A stretch of 64,000 nucleotides of DNA from a virus (IMGVR_UViG_3300021180_000005:39650-103649); one strand, 5' to 3'; counted from the first letter of the stretch, positions 38,655 to 48,502 are shown. Notes: generated by a model from the sequence alone, not told the origin. A program made the numbers and translations.

Positions 38655-38720
38655 TCCTTCCCTAAAAGGTAAGCCTAGTCTTTAGGGCGACTAGTCCGAG
38701 ATGTGGAATGCACACACTTT
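38655..38720 (-). promoter_or_regulatory. Kissing-loop SD-sequestering RNA element, copy 7
   Basis: Stem CUAGUC/GACUAG, loop CCCUAAA pairs with UUUAGGG in the CCUU/AAGG hairpin. Confidence 0.7.
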
Positions 38721-38734
38721 CTCTCAGTGTTAAT

Positions 38735-38762
38735 AGTATACCACGGAATTCACCAATGTCAA
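38735..38762 (-). promoter_or_regulatory. Leftward sigma70 promoter heading the virion operon
   Basis: TTGACA-16 bp-TATACT with TG extension. Confidence 0.75.
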
Positions 38763-38839
38763 GTAAATAAATCTTTAATAACTACGAAATTTTTCGTACT
38801 ACGTTTGTTTTCAGTGCTGTAGAACCCGCATCGTTTGTG

Positions 38840-38852
38840 TAAGTTGTTGATT
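38840..38852 (-). promoter_or_regulatory. IHF-consensus site between divergent promoters
   Basis: AATCAACAACTTA matches WATCAANNNNTTR. Confidence 0.4.
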
Positions 38853-38873
38853 TATATGGCAACATTTAGCGAT

Positions 38874-38902
38874 TTGACATTTAAAACTTCATATGATATT
38901 CT
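38874..38902 (+). promoter_or_regulatory. Rightward sigma70 promoter
   Basis: TTGACA-17 bp-TATTCT with TG extension. Confidence 0.7.
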
Positions 38903-39036
38903 AATCTTGTCCTTCTCCCGGCAATACTACACATATACCTATATGTAGGTAACATAGACTATAAGTTACCATTTATAATCAATAACATTGAGTTACCATA
39001 GTCATTCCAAGTTGTTGAAAAGAAAGAACTATAATT

Positions 39037-39279
39037 ATGAAAGAATCAGCTAAAGCTAGGCGGGCTCGTAGCAAGCTGCGGCAGGCCCTATACCTTAAGC
39101 TGAACGTCTGGATCCAGCGCGAGAAAGACATGGAAGTTGCGGTGACCCTGCGGCACCCCGGCGTACCTGAGAAGTTGGAATTTATCCGACAGGAACGAGC
39201 GAAGCTAGAAAAGGAGCTACAGATACTCGATAGGGGCTTCAAGAGACAAAGAGCATGGAGCCAAGGAAAAGTTGGATAG
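39037..39279 (+). CDS. Basic hypothetical protein
   Basis: 80 aa ORF downstream of promoter. Confidence 0.5.
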   Translation: MKESAKARRARSKLRQALYLKLNVWIQREKDMEVAVTLRHPGVPEKLEFIRQERAKLEKELQILDRGFKRQRAWSQGKVG

Positions 39280-39345
39280 TCAACGTTACCCACTGACTGG
39301 GGAACGTCCCACCTGAGGTAAAATCAAGGAGCGTATAATAGAAGC

Positions 39346-41823
39346 ATGCCAGAGATTGTGCAACAATTGCGGCCTTTAAACTTGGCCGAGTTACAACCTA
39401 GTTTAAAGCCTATTTTAATTACCGATGATGCTGGGCTTCTGCTGCTGAAAGATTATATCGCACGGAAAAGAGCCAAGGAAGACTTCGTACTTTGTTTGGA
39501 TACAGAAACAAACATATGCGATGATTTTTGGTTTCGTCGTGCACGGACGATTCAGCTAGGAGACCGTGATGAGCAATATGTAATTGATCTACTAGCGTTC
39601 GCTGGATCGAAAGAAAGACTAATTGCTACGCAAGGAGAGTACGGGATAAACAGTGAAGGAGTCTATGACAAGGTCATAGATATCCTAAAACCTATACTGT
39701 GTAGCAGAGAGTTTCTAAAAGTGGGGCAGAACCTTTCATTCGAATACACAATATGGTGGTGGAACTTTGGCCTGCGTATATGGAACCTGTACAGCACCGA
39801 TATGGCAGAGCGTGTCATTCAGGCCGGGACAATATCACTCAAACGCATGGCCGAGTTCTCCATGGCATCTATTGCCGCGCGACACTTCGGCTTGTTGATC
39901 GACAAGAGTGAACAGGAAGGATTCGATCTAGAAACACCTCTTACTCAGAAGCAGATAGATTACGCCGCGCTAGACGTACGCTTTCCACTTGCTATGCGGC
40001 AGGCTCAGGTCAACATTATGACTGCCGACCAATTACTGACCACATCACAAATTGAAAATGATGCCATAGGTACATTTACAGATATGCATCTCAATGGTCA
40101 GAACTTAGATGATGATCGTTGGAAGGAGCGCATCGCTCACGTCATTGAGAGACGTGTTGGTGAACTGAAGATTCTAGATGAAGGCTTCATGCCTATCGTA
40201 GGTCATAAGAACAAGCAGATTGATGAAGTGGAGATTGAAAAACGATATAAACATTGGCAGGAAGATTTTCAACTACCGACTCAGGTTGAGATTGACCTAG
40301 CCTCGCGAAAGAGAGAAGAGAAGGACAAGACTAAGAAAGCGGAACTTGCAGCGCAGTTGAAGGCTGCGGAGAAGAAACGTGCGGAAGAAAAAGCTGCTGC
40401 ACGCAAAGCACACTCAGAGCTTAGCAAGCTTCGTACTGAGTGGAAAAATAAGGTGGCAGATTGCGAAGGCGAAGCCTATATCAACTATGACTCGCGCGAC
40501 CAGCTGCTGTCGGCTCTGCAACAGCTGCCGGGTATGAGGATCATTAAGGACACCACAGACGATACTCTTCTGCGGTTCAATGATCGTCCCCTTATTCAAA
40601 CACTGAGGAAGTTCAAGAAAGGCAAGAAGGATACTGGTACGTATGGGCTGCAGTGGACTCAACGGTGGATAACCAAGCCTCTTGCAAAAGAAGGATGGCG
40701 TCACCCAGTAGATGGGAGATTGCATTGTGTGTTTTCTCAATTAGAAGCAGAAACAGGTAGAACTTCTTCTAGTAAACCTAACGCACAGAATCTTCCTAAA
40801 GACGATGAAGTGCGTTCTTGTTTTATTGCTAGCCTTCCAGATAAAGACGAGCCAGATGGTTATAGCATAGTAACAGTAGACATGGAAGGTTGTGAGCTTA
40901 GAATCATAGCCGAATTAGCAAACGCTCAATCATGGATAACGGCATTTTCAAAAGGACAAGATGTACACTCTGTGTCTACAGAGATTCTGTACCCTGAAAA
41001 ATGGCCTTCTTTGAAAGAAGAAGGCTGTGCATATTACATCCTCAATGAGCAAGGAGAACCACAACGTAAGAAATGTAAATGCAAAGGCCATGTAGAGCTT
41101 CGTAATAATACTAAAGCAACCAACTTTCTTCTTGCATACGGAGGAGGTCCTGACGCTTTGGCTGATGCTTTGGATGTAACAGTAGATACTGCTAAAGAAT
41201 TAATGCGCTTGCACGAATCTAGGTTTCCCGATATTTGGTCTTACTTAGAACGCAGCGGTAAATTAGCTAAATCTATGCGAGAGGCTAGGGATATGTTTGG
41301 GCGTCGTAGGTCATTCCCTGTTCCTACTAGAGAGATGGCAAGACAATGGTGGATTTCTGAAAAAGAAGAAACCTTAGAATTGTCAGAACCAGAAAAAGAA
41401 GCAAGTATATTCAGGTTCAAATCTACTAACCTACGAGAGCCTAACAAAGAAGAACTACGTTCTCTTACACACAGAAGCCCTACAGAAAAAGAAATTGATA
41501 GAGCTATATATTCTCTGAATGGAAGTGTAGAGCGACGTGGTAAGAACCATTGTATTCAAGGAACAAATGCTTCTCTAATTAAACGCGCTATGGGAAGCGG
41601 ATTCGATGTCAACGGAAAACCATACCTCTGGCATCAGCTTCCACAGTATAAAGCAAAAATAGTTAATATGGTCCATGACGAGTTAGTACTTGAGTGTCCT
41701 AAACGTTTTGGACAAGCCGTCGCTGATTTAGTAGCAGATGCTTTTGCTAGAGCCGCAGCAGAAGTGATGCATAAAGTGAAGATGACTGCGGACTATCACA
41801 TTGCGGATCGGTGGATGAAATGA
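39346..41823 (+). CDS. Family A DNA polymerase with 3'-5' exonuclease
   Basis: Exo CLDTET and YAALD; ETGRTSSSKPNAQNLP; motif A DMEGCELR, motif B RNNTKATNFLLAYG, motif C VHDEL. Confidence 0.95.
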   Translation: MPEIVQQLRPLNLAELQPSLKPILITDDAGLLLLKDYIARKRAKEDFVLCLDTETNICDDFWFRRARTIQLGDRDEQYVIDLLAFAGSKERLIATQGEYGINSEGVYDKVIDILKPILCSREFLKVGQNLSFEYTIWWWNFGLRIWNLYSTDMAERVIQAGTISLKRMAEFSMASIAARHFGLLIDKSEQEGFDLETPLTQKQIDYAALDVRFPLAMRQAQVNIMTADQLLTTSQIENDAIGTFTDMHLNGQNLDDDRWKERIAHVIERRVGELKILDEGFMPIVGHKNKQIDEVEIEKRYKHWQEDFQLPTQVEIDLASRKREEKDKTKKAELAAQLKAAEKKRAEEKAAARKAHSELSKLRTEWKNKVADCEGEAYINYDSRDQLLSALQQLPGMRIIKDTTDDTLLRFNDRPLIQTLRKFKKGKKDTGTYGLQWTQRWITKPLAKEGWRHPVDGRLHCVFSQLEAETGRTSSSKPNAQNLPKDDEVRSCFIASLPDKDEPDGYSIVTVDMEGCELRIIAELANAQSWITAFSKGQDVHSVSTEILYPEKWPSLKEEGCAYYILNEQGEPQRKKCKCKGHVELRNNTKATNFLLAYGGGPDALADALDVTVDTAKELMRLHESRFPDIWSYLERSGKLAKSMREARDMFGRRRSFPVPTREMARQWWISEKEETLELSEPEKEASIFRFKSTNLREPNKEELRSLTHRSPTEKEIDRAIYSLNGSVERRGKNHCIQGTNASLIKRAMGSGFDVNGKPYLWHQLPQYKAKIVNMVHDELVLECPKRFGQAVADLVADAFARAAAEVMHKVKMTADYHIADRWMK

Positions 41824-42325
41824 TTAAAGTTGGAGATGTTCTTAGGAATTGGACTATTATAGGTAAAGGCAAATACCCAGATGGTCACCCTAAATGGAGG
41901 TGCCAGTGCGCATGTGGAAGAATAGCAGACATGTCTACATCGAACCTTTACAGAGGAAAAACAAATACCTGTGTAGGCTGCTACTCTACTTATAATCAAT
42001 TGCATCCTTATGAAGCTCTGTATAATCTGTTATGCAGAGCTTCTAAAGGAAGGGCAGAGGTTGTTATTTCCTATGAAGAATATTTGGAGTTCGTAGGTTT
42101 GAATTGTCATTACTGCGATGAAAAATTACATGGATACCTCACATCAACATTAAGAAAAATGTAAGAGGTTCGGCATATAATTTAGATCGCAAGGATAATT
42201 CTATTGGGTACGCAAAAGAAAACTGTGTAGTCTGTTGTAAGCGTTGCAATCGGATAAAGTCAGACCATCTGACTTACGAACAAATGCTACAGATTGGAGC
42301 ACTGATAAAATCATGGCGTACCTAA
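41820..42325 (+). pseudogene. HNH endonuclease with a frameshift near 42125
   Basis: WRCQCACG...CHYCDEK, then the -1 frame continues ITWIPH..YNLDRKDNSIGYAKENCVVCCKRCNRIK. Confidence 0.8.
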
Positions 42326-42472
42326 ATTGTCCTTATTGTCCATCCCAAAGTTATCCTACAAATAAGCTAAACCTTTGGCTGACAGGTATGAAGGTTGAAA
42401 TTCCTTTGATGGAGTTTAAGTGTACATTACGGCATACACATTACGTCATAACAGAGCACAAGGAGGAGATCA

Positions 42473-42889
42473 ATGGAGTTCGAAGTATTCAAGAAATACA
42501 AGGGAGATAAAGAACCAGCCTCAGGAGATTTCATTAGGTCAGCTATAAATGCCCTGTCTGATGTCTGCCGCTTTGAGGCTGATCGATGGTACTATGATCT
42601 TGAAACTGGACAACCTAAGAAGCTTAACGTTGGAGAACGCTTTGCACTGATGCATAGTGAACTCTCAGAAGCTTTCGAGGGATGGCGCAAGAACAAACAG
42701 GACGATCATTTGCCTCATCGTAAATCTTTGGAAGTTGAATTAGCAGACGCAATGATTCGTATTCTAGACTTCGCTGGAGAGAATGATCTAAACTTAGGTG
42801 GAGCATTCGTAGAGAAATTGGTATACAACCGTGAGCGAGAAGATCACACATCGGCTGCGCGACAGCGGTCAGACGGGAAGAAATGCTAA
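42473..42889 (+). CDS. MazG-like NTP pyrophosphohydrolase
   Basis: ALMHSELSEAFEGWRK...EVELADAMIRILD...EKLVYN..R. Confidence 0.85.
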   Translation: MEFEVFKKYKGDKEPASGDFIRSAINALSDVCRFEADRWYYDLETGQPKKLNVGERFALMHSELSEAFEGWRKNKQDDHLPHRKSLEVELADAMIRILDFAGENDLNLGGAFVEKLVYNREREDHTSAARQRSDGKKC

Positions 42890-43116
42890 TGGAAATAGAA
42901 AAGTTTCTTGAATGGAGAAGAATTGATGACCCGTGTCTTATGTGTAGTGGTTCTGGTTATGTTATTTACGGGAGCACTTCTACATACTGGGGTGGTATAG
43001 GTGGAGCAGCTATGACTAAAGGGGTGTGTAATAAGTGCTGGGGGTCAGGAGATAGGAACGTAACATGGCCTTCCCATAAAACCTTCTATGAGATTAAAAG
43101 GAAATTAAAAGAATGA
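42883..43116 (+). CDS. DnaJ-type zinc-finger small protein
   Basis: CLMCSGSG...CNKCWGSG. Confidence 0.65.
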   Translation: MLMEIEKFLEWRRIDDPCLMCSGSGYVIYGSTSTYWGGIGGAAMTKGVCNKCWGSGDRNVTWPSHKTFYEIKRKLKE

Positions 43117-43601
43117 TTACAGCTTATACTGACGGTGCCTGTCGCCTTACCAATCCCGGTCTTTGTAGCTGTGCGTGGGTTTTGTATGACTCATCGGTGC
43201 CTTACTATGAGCTATCAGAAGCAACCTACTTAGGACCAGAAATGCATACTAATAACTATGCAGAGTACCAAGCCCTGCTAAAACTGCTAAGGTACCTGCA
43301 TACGAATGGTTTCACAAACGTAGTGATACACACTGACTCAACTCTGGTCGCTAATCAGGTAAATCAGAAATGGTCAGCGAACAACAATCCCGAACTAAAA
43401 AAGTTTATGGTGGAAGCCTACGGACTTCTTACAGTCGGAAGCCACAGGTTGCTACATGTGTTTGGTCACGGTAAAAATCTTAGTGAAACACACAACAAAG
43501 GAAACGGCAGAGCGGATCAACTGTGCAACGAAATACTAGATGTACATATGGAGGAGTACTATGCAGACACTAAAAACATTATTAATCGCCCTACGGCTTA
43601 A
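43113..43601 (+). CDS. Ribonuclease HI-like protein
   Basis: YTDGAC..NPG, TNNYAEY, HTDSTLV, GNGRADQL. Confidence 0.9.
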   Translation: MITAYTDGACRLTNPGLCSCAWVLYDSSVPYYELSEATYLGPEMHTNNYAEYQALLKLLRYLHTNGFTNVVIHTDSTLVANQVNQKWSANNNPELKKFMVEAYGLLTVGSHRLLHVFGHGKNLSETHNKGNGRADQLCNEILDVHMEEYYADTKNIINRPTA

Positions 43602-44100
43602 ACTGAGACCATATTGGCTGGTCGCAAAACGCGACCTCAAGACCCTGTTCACTGCTTGTCAAAAATGCAAAGCCCTAGGCGTATACCCATGCAGCATCGC
43701 AGGGTGTGTCCCTCTCTGCACGTCGTGTCAGCGCGAGGAGAGTATTAGATTGGACATGCGACTGCGTATGGATAAGGCAGAAGCAGCATTACGCTTGAAA
43801 GAGTCTGTGTGGCTGGCTTCACAACGCAGAGAAGACTTGATTATTCTCACAGCATCAATTCTCTATACTGCATGCCCTGCAATCACCGAAGCACCACAAG
43901 CCGTAGCTAAAGCTATGGAGATCGAAGGAGAGGTAAAGCGCCATCTTAGGGAAAAAGAGCGTAGAGATTTGCCTGCAGACTTCAGGGATCATCTACCATC
44001 TGCGTTGCAGTATGCTAAAGATAGACTTGCAGCGGCACAACCGGATATCATAACAGGGAAAACTATACCGGGAGAAGTATGGCCGTACCCGGAAAAATAA
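43561..44100 (+). CDS. Hypothetical protein (Cys-containing)
   Basis: SD GGAGGAG + ATG 43561. Confidence 0.55.
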   Translation: MQTLKTLLIALRLKLRPYWLVAKRDLKTLFTACQKCKALGVYPCSIAGCVPLCTSCQREESIRLDMRLRMDKAEAALRLKESVWLASQRREDLIILTASILYTACPAITEAPQAVAKAMEIEGEVKRHLREKERRDLPADFRDHLPSALQYAKDRLAAAQPDIITGKTIPGEVWPYPEK

Positions 44101-44329
44101 AGGAGAACCTATGACAGTTGTACGCGATATACTTATAAAAGCAATAGCAAGTATTGATAGTGGCATTGCTGAGCAAGACCGTTACAGGCAAAGCTCCTTG
44201 AGAGACGCTGAGCAAAACACAAAGCGCATGTATGCATTGCAAGAGGAGAAGCGAGAGCTAGAAGAAACTATGCGAACGCTTCATCTTTAATGACATTCAA
44301 GACAACACAACCTAAATGACCTGAAGCTT

Positions 44330-44386
44330 GCCCCATGGGTGGAGAGCGTTCTCACGAACGCCGCACCTATGGGGCTATTTTTTTTT
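44330..44386 (+). terminator. Intrinsic terminator ending the replication block
   Basis: GCCCCAUGGGUG...CACCUAUGGGGC followed by U9. Confidence 0.85.
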
Positions 44387-44973
44387 GTCGTAATGTTTCC
44401 ATGATGGAACTATATTGACGGCCCGAACGTGCTAGGCTCTCGCCGCGCATTCTGCCTCAAAGAACAAGCGACCTCGTCGCAATCTTTCGAAATTTTCTCA
44501 GCGTCTCCCGCGCACAAAGTGGTGTTCAGGATTCCTAGGCGTTCACGTTGCATGAACAAAGGCGATTGCTGAACAAAGTGCAGGTACTTATGCATAAGTG
44601 TTGACGTTTTGTACTCACAACGGGTACGACTGTGCTCAATCTAGGTACAGGCGCTATTCCGCCTAAGGGATTGCTAGGCGCTTTATAGCCTAGGCTCTAT
44701 CAGGGCGCGGTTTAGCGATAGCCCATAGCGTATACCCACGGTATGCAGAGCTGGATCCCGGCAAACCACCATGTTACCGCTCAGGAACATTCCCCTTAGT
44801 TTGTAAGGGGATTGTGCAGTATATTACTGTACGGGAACATTGCCATGATCTATTTTTATGTCACTTTAACCCTGCTGGGCAAATGTGTAGTATACATCAC
44901 TTTGCGCTAGGTTCCGCAAGTTCGTGAGCCCACGCGGTGTGCGGAGATTAGGCCTAGTATTCTCCGCAAATTA

Positions 44974-45594
44974 TTATGAGCATTCTTCTCGTAAGCAGTC
45001 TAGACACATACCACAGTTGTTACAAGGTTTATTCCAATGTCGCAAATACTTAGCAGCGGCTTCACATCTATCAGGTGATTCCTTGGCAAAGCCTATTAAT
45101 GAATTGCAGTAGTTACATAACAGTCCGCGTGGTAAAGGTGGTTCTATATGCTTGTGGTCTGCATGGGGAGTTGCTATAAATGTCTCTCGGCATATCGCAC
45201 AGCGGTTGTTTTGTTCTTGCAGTGTGGTATCATAGCGTTCTAGGGTCCAGCCTTTAGACTTTAACCGCTCCGCTTTCTTGGCTGTGGGATATTTAGAGTA
45301 ATGTTTTTCTCTGTGTTGCTTTTTCTTAGCTTTGCACTTAGCGGCGTATTCAGGGTCCGCCATGCGTCTAGCTTTACGGGCCTTACGCGCTGCTGCTCGT
45401 CTTGTACGGGCCTCTTCTGGGTGTTCTAGTGCCCACTGTCTTGCACGCTCTATGCTTAAGGAATTCCACCTTGCTTTGCTGTTCAAATCTCGTTGATGTT
45501 GCCATGTGGCATACCTTTCGTCGCTAGCTTTGCGTTGGTCAGTGGTCATCAAAGCGTTAGCCTTGGCATTCCAGTAGCTTTTTAATCTTGGCAT
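44974..45594 (-). CDS. Endonuclease VII-like endonuclease with its own promoter
   Basis: QNNRCAIC..HADHKH..PRGLLCNYCN; SD AGGAG. Confidence 0.85.
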   Translation of the reverse strand: MPRLKSYWNAKANALMTTDQRKASDERYATWQHQRDLNSKARWNSLSIERARQWALEHPEEARTRRAAARKARKARRMADPEYAAKCKAKKKQHREKHYSKYPTAKKAERLKSKGWTLERYDTTLQEQNNRCAICRETFIATPHADHKHIEPPLPRGLLCNYCNSLIGFAKESPDRCEAAAKYLRHWNKPCNNCGMCLDCLREECS

Positions 45595-45616
45595 AAATCT
45601 CCTAGGTACTGTAATC

Positions 45617-45645
45617 AGTATATCACATATAGGTACACTTGTCAA
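45617..45645 (-). promoter_or_regulatory. Sigma70 promoter
   Basis: TTGACA-17 bp-TATACT with TG extension. Confidence 0.8.
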
Positions 45646-45737
45646 GATGTTTTCCGTGCCTATGGAACCCCGGTGGATAAAGCGATGCCCGAGCTTCTGG
45701 GAGGACCCAAAAACAGGGGTACGCCTCCGGGTAAATC

Positions 45738-45840
45738 TTCGCCATAGATTCGCCTTTGCTTCGCCCTGTCCTTCGCCTTTCCTTCGCGGTTACCAGTTCG
45801 AAGTTCGAAGGTTACCTCCAAGAGTTCGCTATATGTTCGC
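45738..45840 (+). repeat. Helically phased TTCG(C) iterons
   Basis: TTCGC at 45738, 45749, 45760, 45772, 45783, 45825, 45836; TTCG at 45797, 45804. Confidence 0.6.
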
Positions 45841-46426
45841 CTAGCCTGACCATGGATCCACAACGCACGCGCACAGGGAGCGTACACGTCCGGCGCAATG
45901 ACCAGTAGTGTATAGAGGACAGAGACCAGCAGAGCGCTTAGCGGATCGCCTTGCATTTACAATGCGTTAGCCTAGCAGTGGTTATGCTAAGTGCTTGACA
46001 ACATTGCAATGCGGTTGTTAAGTTCAGGTGCCATGGGAACTGCATAGCACAGAGCGTCGGGTACTGGCGGCTTAGTAAATGCAAAGCTATGTCCTTGGTA
46101 TGTGCATGGAAATACTAAGGGTTAGCTACGAATGTCCTTAGCAGTGAGCTAAGCATTACCATATCTTAAGGTGTGTTATGGTAAACACACTGTATGCCAC
46201 ACAGTATAAACCTAGGCATTTGCAGGCTTTATTTATAACAGGAAGGTCTCATAGGCCATGTCCTTAGAGATTCGCTCTGTAATGGCTCAGGAACGCAAAG
46301 AACGGCTATTCGGTACATGGTTGAGGCATGGTATATCCGTAGCGGACTGCTGTGCTCCTGTCTCTGTGTTCTCCTCTATACAGGCACTCCCAGTCATGGG
46401 CGCGATTCCGTACGCATTGCGTACGC

Positions 46427-46732
46427 TTAGGTCCGTGCTTGCCTACCTGCTTGGGGAACTCTGTTGTTCAACAAAGTGTAGCCTAGTTCCATAAGCCTAG
46501 CTATTACTCGCCTCTCGGCTTTGAGAGCGCTTTGCATGTCCGGCTGAGTCTCCATAGTGACCATCATTGGTTTATTGTCACATGCTCTCAACTCCTTGTA
46601 TCTAAGGAGGACTTTGCCGAACGATCCGCCATGCAAGTGCTCATGCTGCCTTCTCTTCAGGTTCTGTGTACTTCCAACACAGTAGAACCTGTAGTCTCTG
46701 GGATCGACCAGAGCGTATATTGTGTAAGTCAT
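46427..46732 (-). CDS. GIY-YIG nuclease
   Basis: TIYALVDPRD..FYCVGST.NLKRRQHEH...AERRVI...LLN. Confidence 0.8.
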   Translation of the reverse strand: MTYTIYALVDPRDYRFYCVGSTQNLKRRQHEHLHGGSFGKVLLRYKELRACDNKPMMVTMETQPDMQSALKAERRVIARLMELGYTLLNNRVPQAGRQART

Positions 46733-46751
46733 TAATTGTCCTCTACTTACA

Positions 46752-46780
46752 ACTATATCACAACAAAGGTTTGAAGTCAA
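46752..46780 (-). promoter_or_regulatory. Sigma70 promoter for the GIY-YIG gene
   Basis: TTGACT-17 bp-TATAGT with TG extension. Confidence 0.7.
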
Positions 46781-46931
46781 GTTCAGGAACACATAATGGG
46801 TGCAAATGGGCGCACTATTGGGTTTATGATCACATTGAATAGCACTATGGCCCTTAAGAGCACTTTATCGGTCATAATGTGCCCTTAAGAGCGTATCTTT
46901 CATCTATAAGAAAACAAAGTGATTTTAGGCA

Positions 46932-46960
46932 TTGACAGATTTTTGAATAGAGATTAATAT
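46932..46960 (+). promoter_or_regulatory. Sigma70 promoter heading the early region
   Basis: TTGACA-17 bp-TAATAT with AT-rich upstream sequence. Confidence 0.7.
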
Positions 46961-46966
46961 CAGTTC

Positions 46967-47547
46967 ACGTTAGCAGAGAGCCTTCGGGACGGTCTAACGA
47001 GCAAAGCCGATAAGTCAAGAGGCCTAGCGGGGTTCCCAATAACGCCTACGGGTAGATTAGAGGGAGAACACAAAGGCCAAAGCAAAGCAGACCACAAGGT
47101 CGATTCCGCGCAGCGGGGAGTTCAAGCCATCCGCTAGGCACTAGTAGCAGAGAAGACGCGATGCAGCCGTGAACACTCAGAACTAGCAGCCATTAGTCGA
47201 GAGATGCTGAAGCCCAGTTACACTGGTGAAACAGTAGGCAGATTTAGACAGGCGAGGGGCCAGAGTGGACGCACTAGCAACAACGGCAAAGCACAAACGC
47301 AGAATCGAAGCTACTGAAGACGTGAAGGCCAGACGCATAGCAAACGTCAGGCGCGATAGCGAGGCCGCAGCTGAGCCAACCAAAGAAGCATAACCTTCTG
47401 TTGTCTCATTAAACAAAACCAAGACGCTAACGAGTGAACCTGTGATGAGTGAACCGCCACAAGGCGCGAGAGACCCGCACAGCGAGAGACCCTGAGCGCA
47501 AATATTTAGACTTTGACCAAGAGCATGACTGACTGGTAACAGGAAAC
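46967..47547 (+). ncRNA. Candidate large structured leader/ncRNA (~580 nt)
   Basis: Starts just after the promoter; no plus-strand ORF of 60 aa or more; many short stems and tetraloop-like caps. Confidence 0.5.
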
Positions 47548-48343
47548 GTGCTCTTGGATGAAAGGCTAACAATGGAGGACTGGAACAACATGAAAAAGAC
47601 AAAGGAGAAACCACAACGTGATCCTGCAAATAGAACGTGCCCTGACTGTGTTGAGGAACTGGGCGAGATCATTCCACTTGATATTAACGGAACCTGTTAC
47701 AGCTGTGGATCATGCTTTGGTAAGGCACGATGTAGTGATGCTAGGCGCATTGGCTGAAGCAAAGCATTGCGAGCAGTGTGGTGCATGGAGACGTTTTTAT
47801 CAGTGCCTAGAATGTGGCACGAGCCTATGCCGCAAGTGCGGAGAACTTCACGAGGCGCTATGACTCTCACGTACGTTGTGCATTACTTCTTCACGTTCAT
47901 ACTACAGCCTGCTGATCTGGTACCACTGGCCTATGTAACGTATAAATGGCTACAGGACAGCACAGAGGAACTATAAGGAGACCACCATGCAAGCATCCGA
48001 GTATTTCTCACAGCTACAGCTACGTGAGCGGCAGAGCACTACAGCCACACACAAGCCAAATAAGTCTGAAGTAAAGCAAGCTACGGGCAGTGCGGTAATA
48101 GACTGGCATGCAGACCGTAAGACAGAGCAGGAATAAAATGACCAAACAATCACCTGTTAAAGACACAGTCAACAGTGTACTGTACATAGTCATGCTAATT
48201 GCTGGCGTACTTGCTGCTCTCTACATTCATGCTTCAGGTATAAGGTAACATTATGCGAGAAGCCATGTATGAACTAGGTCCATTACTGTTGTGGATCATA
48301 GGCTTTGCTTTGGTAATTCTTTATCTGTCCTAAGGAGATAGTT

Positions 48344-48502
48344 ATGGAGCAATGGAGAATTATAGAAGGCTTTGAAAGTCACGAAGTTTCTAACCTTGGA
48401 CGTGTACGCAACGTTCGTACTGGACACAAAACATTGTGGGTCAAGTATGGCAATGGTCAACCTATTCAGTTGCATCTGCCATTTGCAAAGGAGACCGCAT
48501 GA
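48344..48502 (+). pseudogene. NUMOD4 domain fragment
   Basis: MEQWRIIEGFESHEVSNLGRVR with no HNH domain following. Confidence 0.6.

Noticed and set aside
18580-38720. Self-cleaving ribozyme or omega/HEARO RNA as identity of the repeated element
   Set aside because: No hammerhead, twister, pistol or HDV core residues recognised; too short for an omega RNA, and downstream proteins lack RuvC/IscB motifs.
32950-41823. Inteins in terL or the polymerase
   Set aside because: No intein N-terminal block or His-Asn/nucleophile C-terminal signature; catalytic motifs are contiguous.
42115-42130. Programmed -1 frameshift in the HNH gene after the polymerase
   Set aside because: Only five A residues and no X XXY YYZ heptamer; a single-base deletion or sequencing error is simpler.
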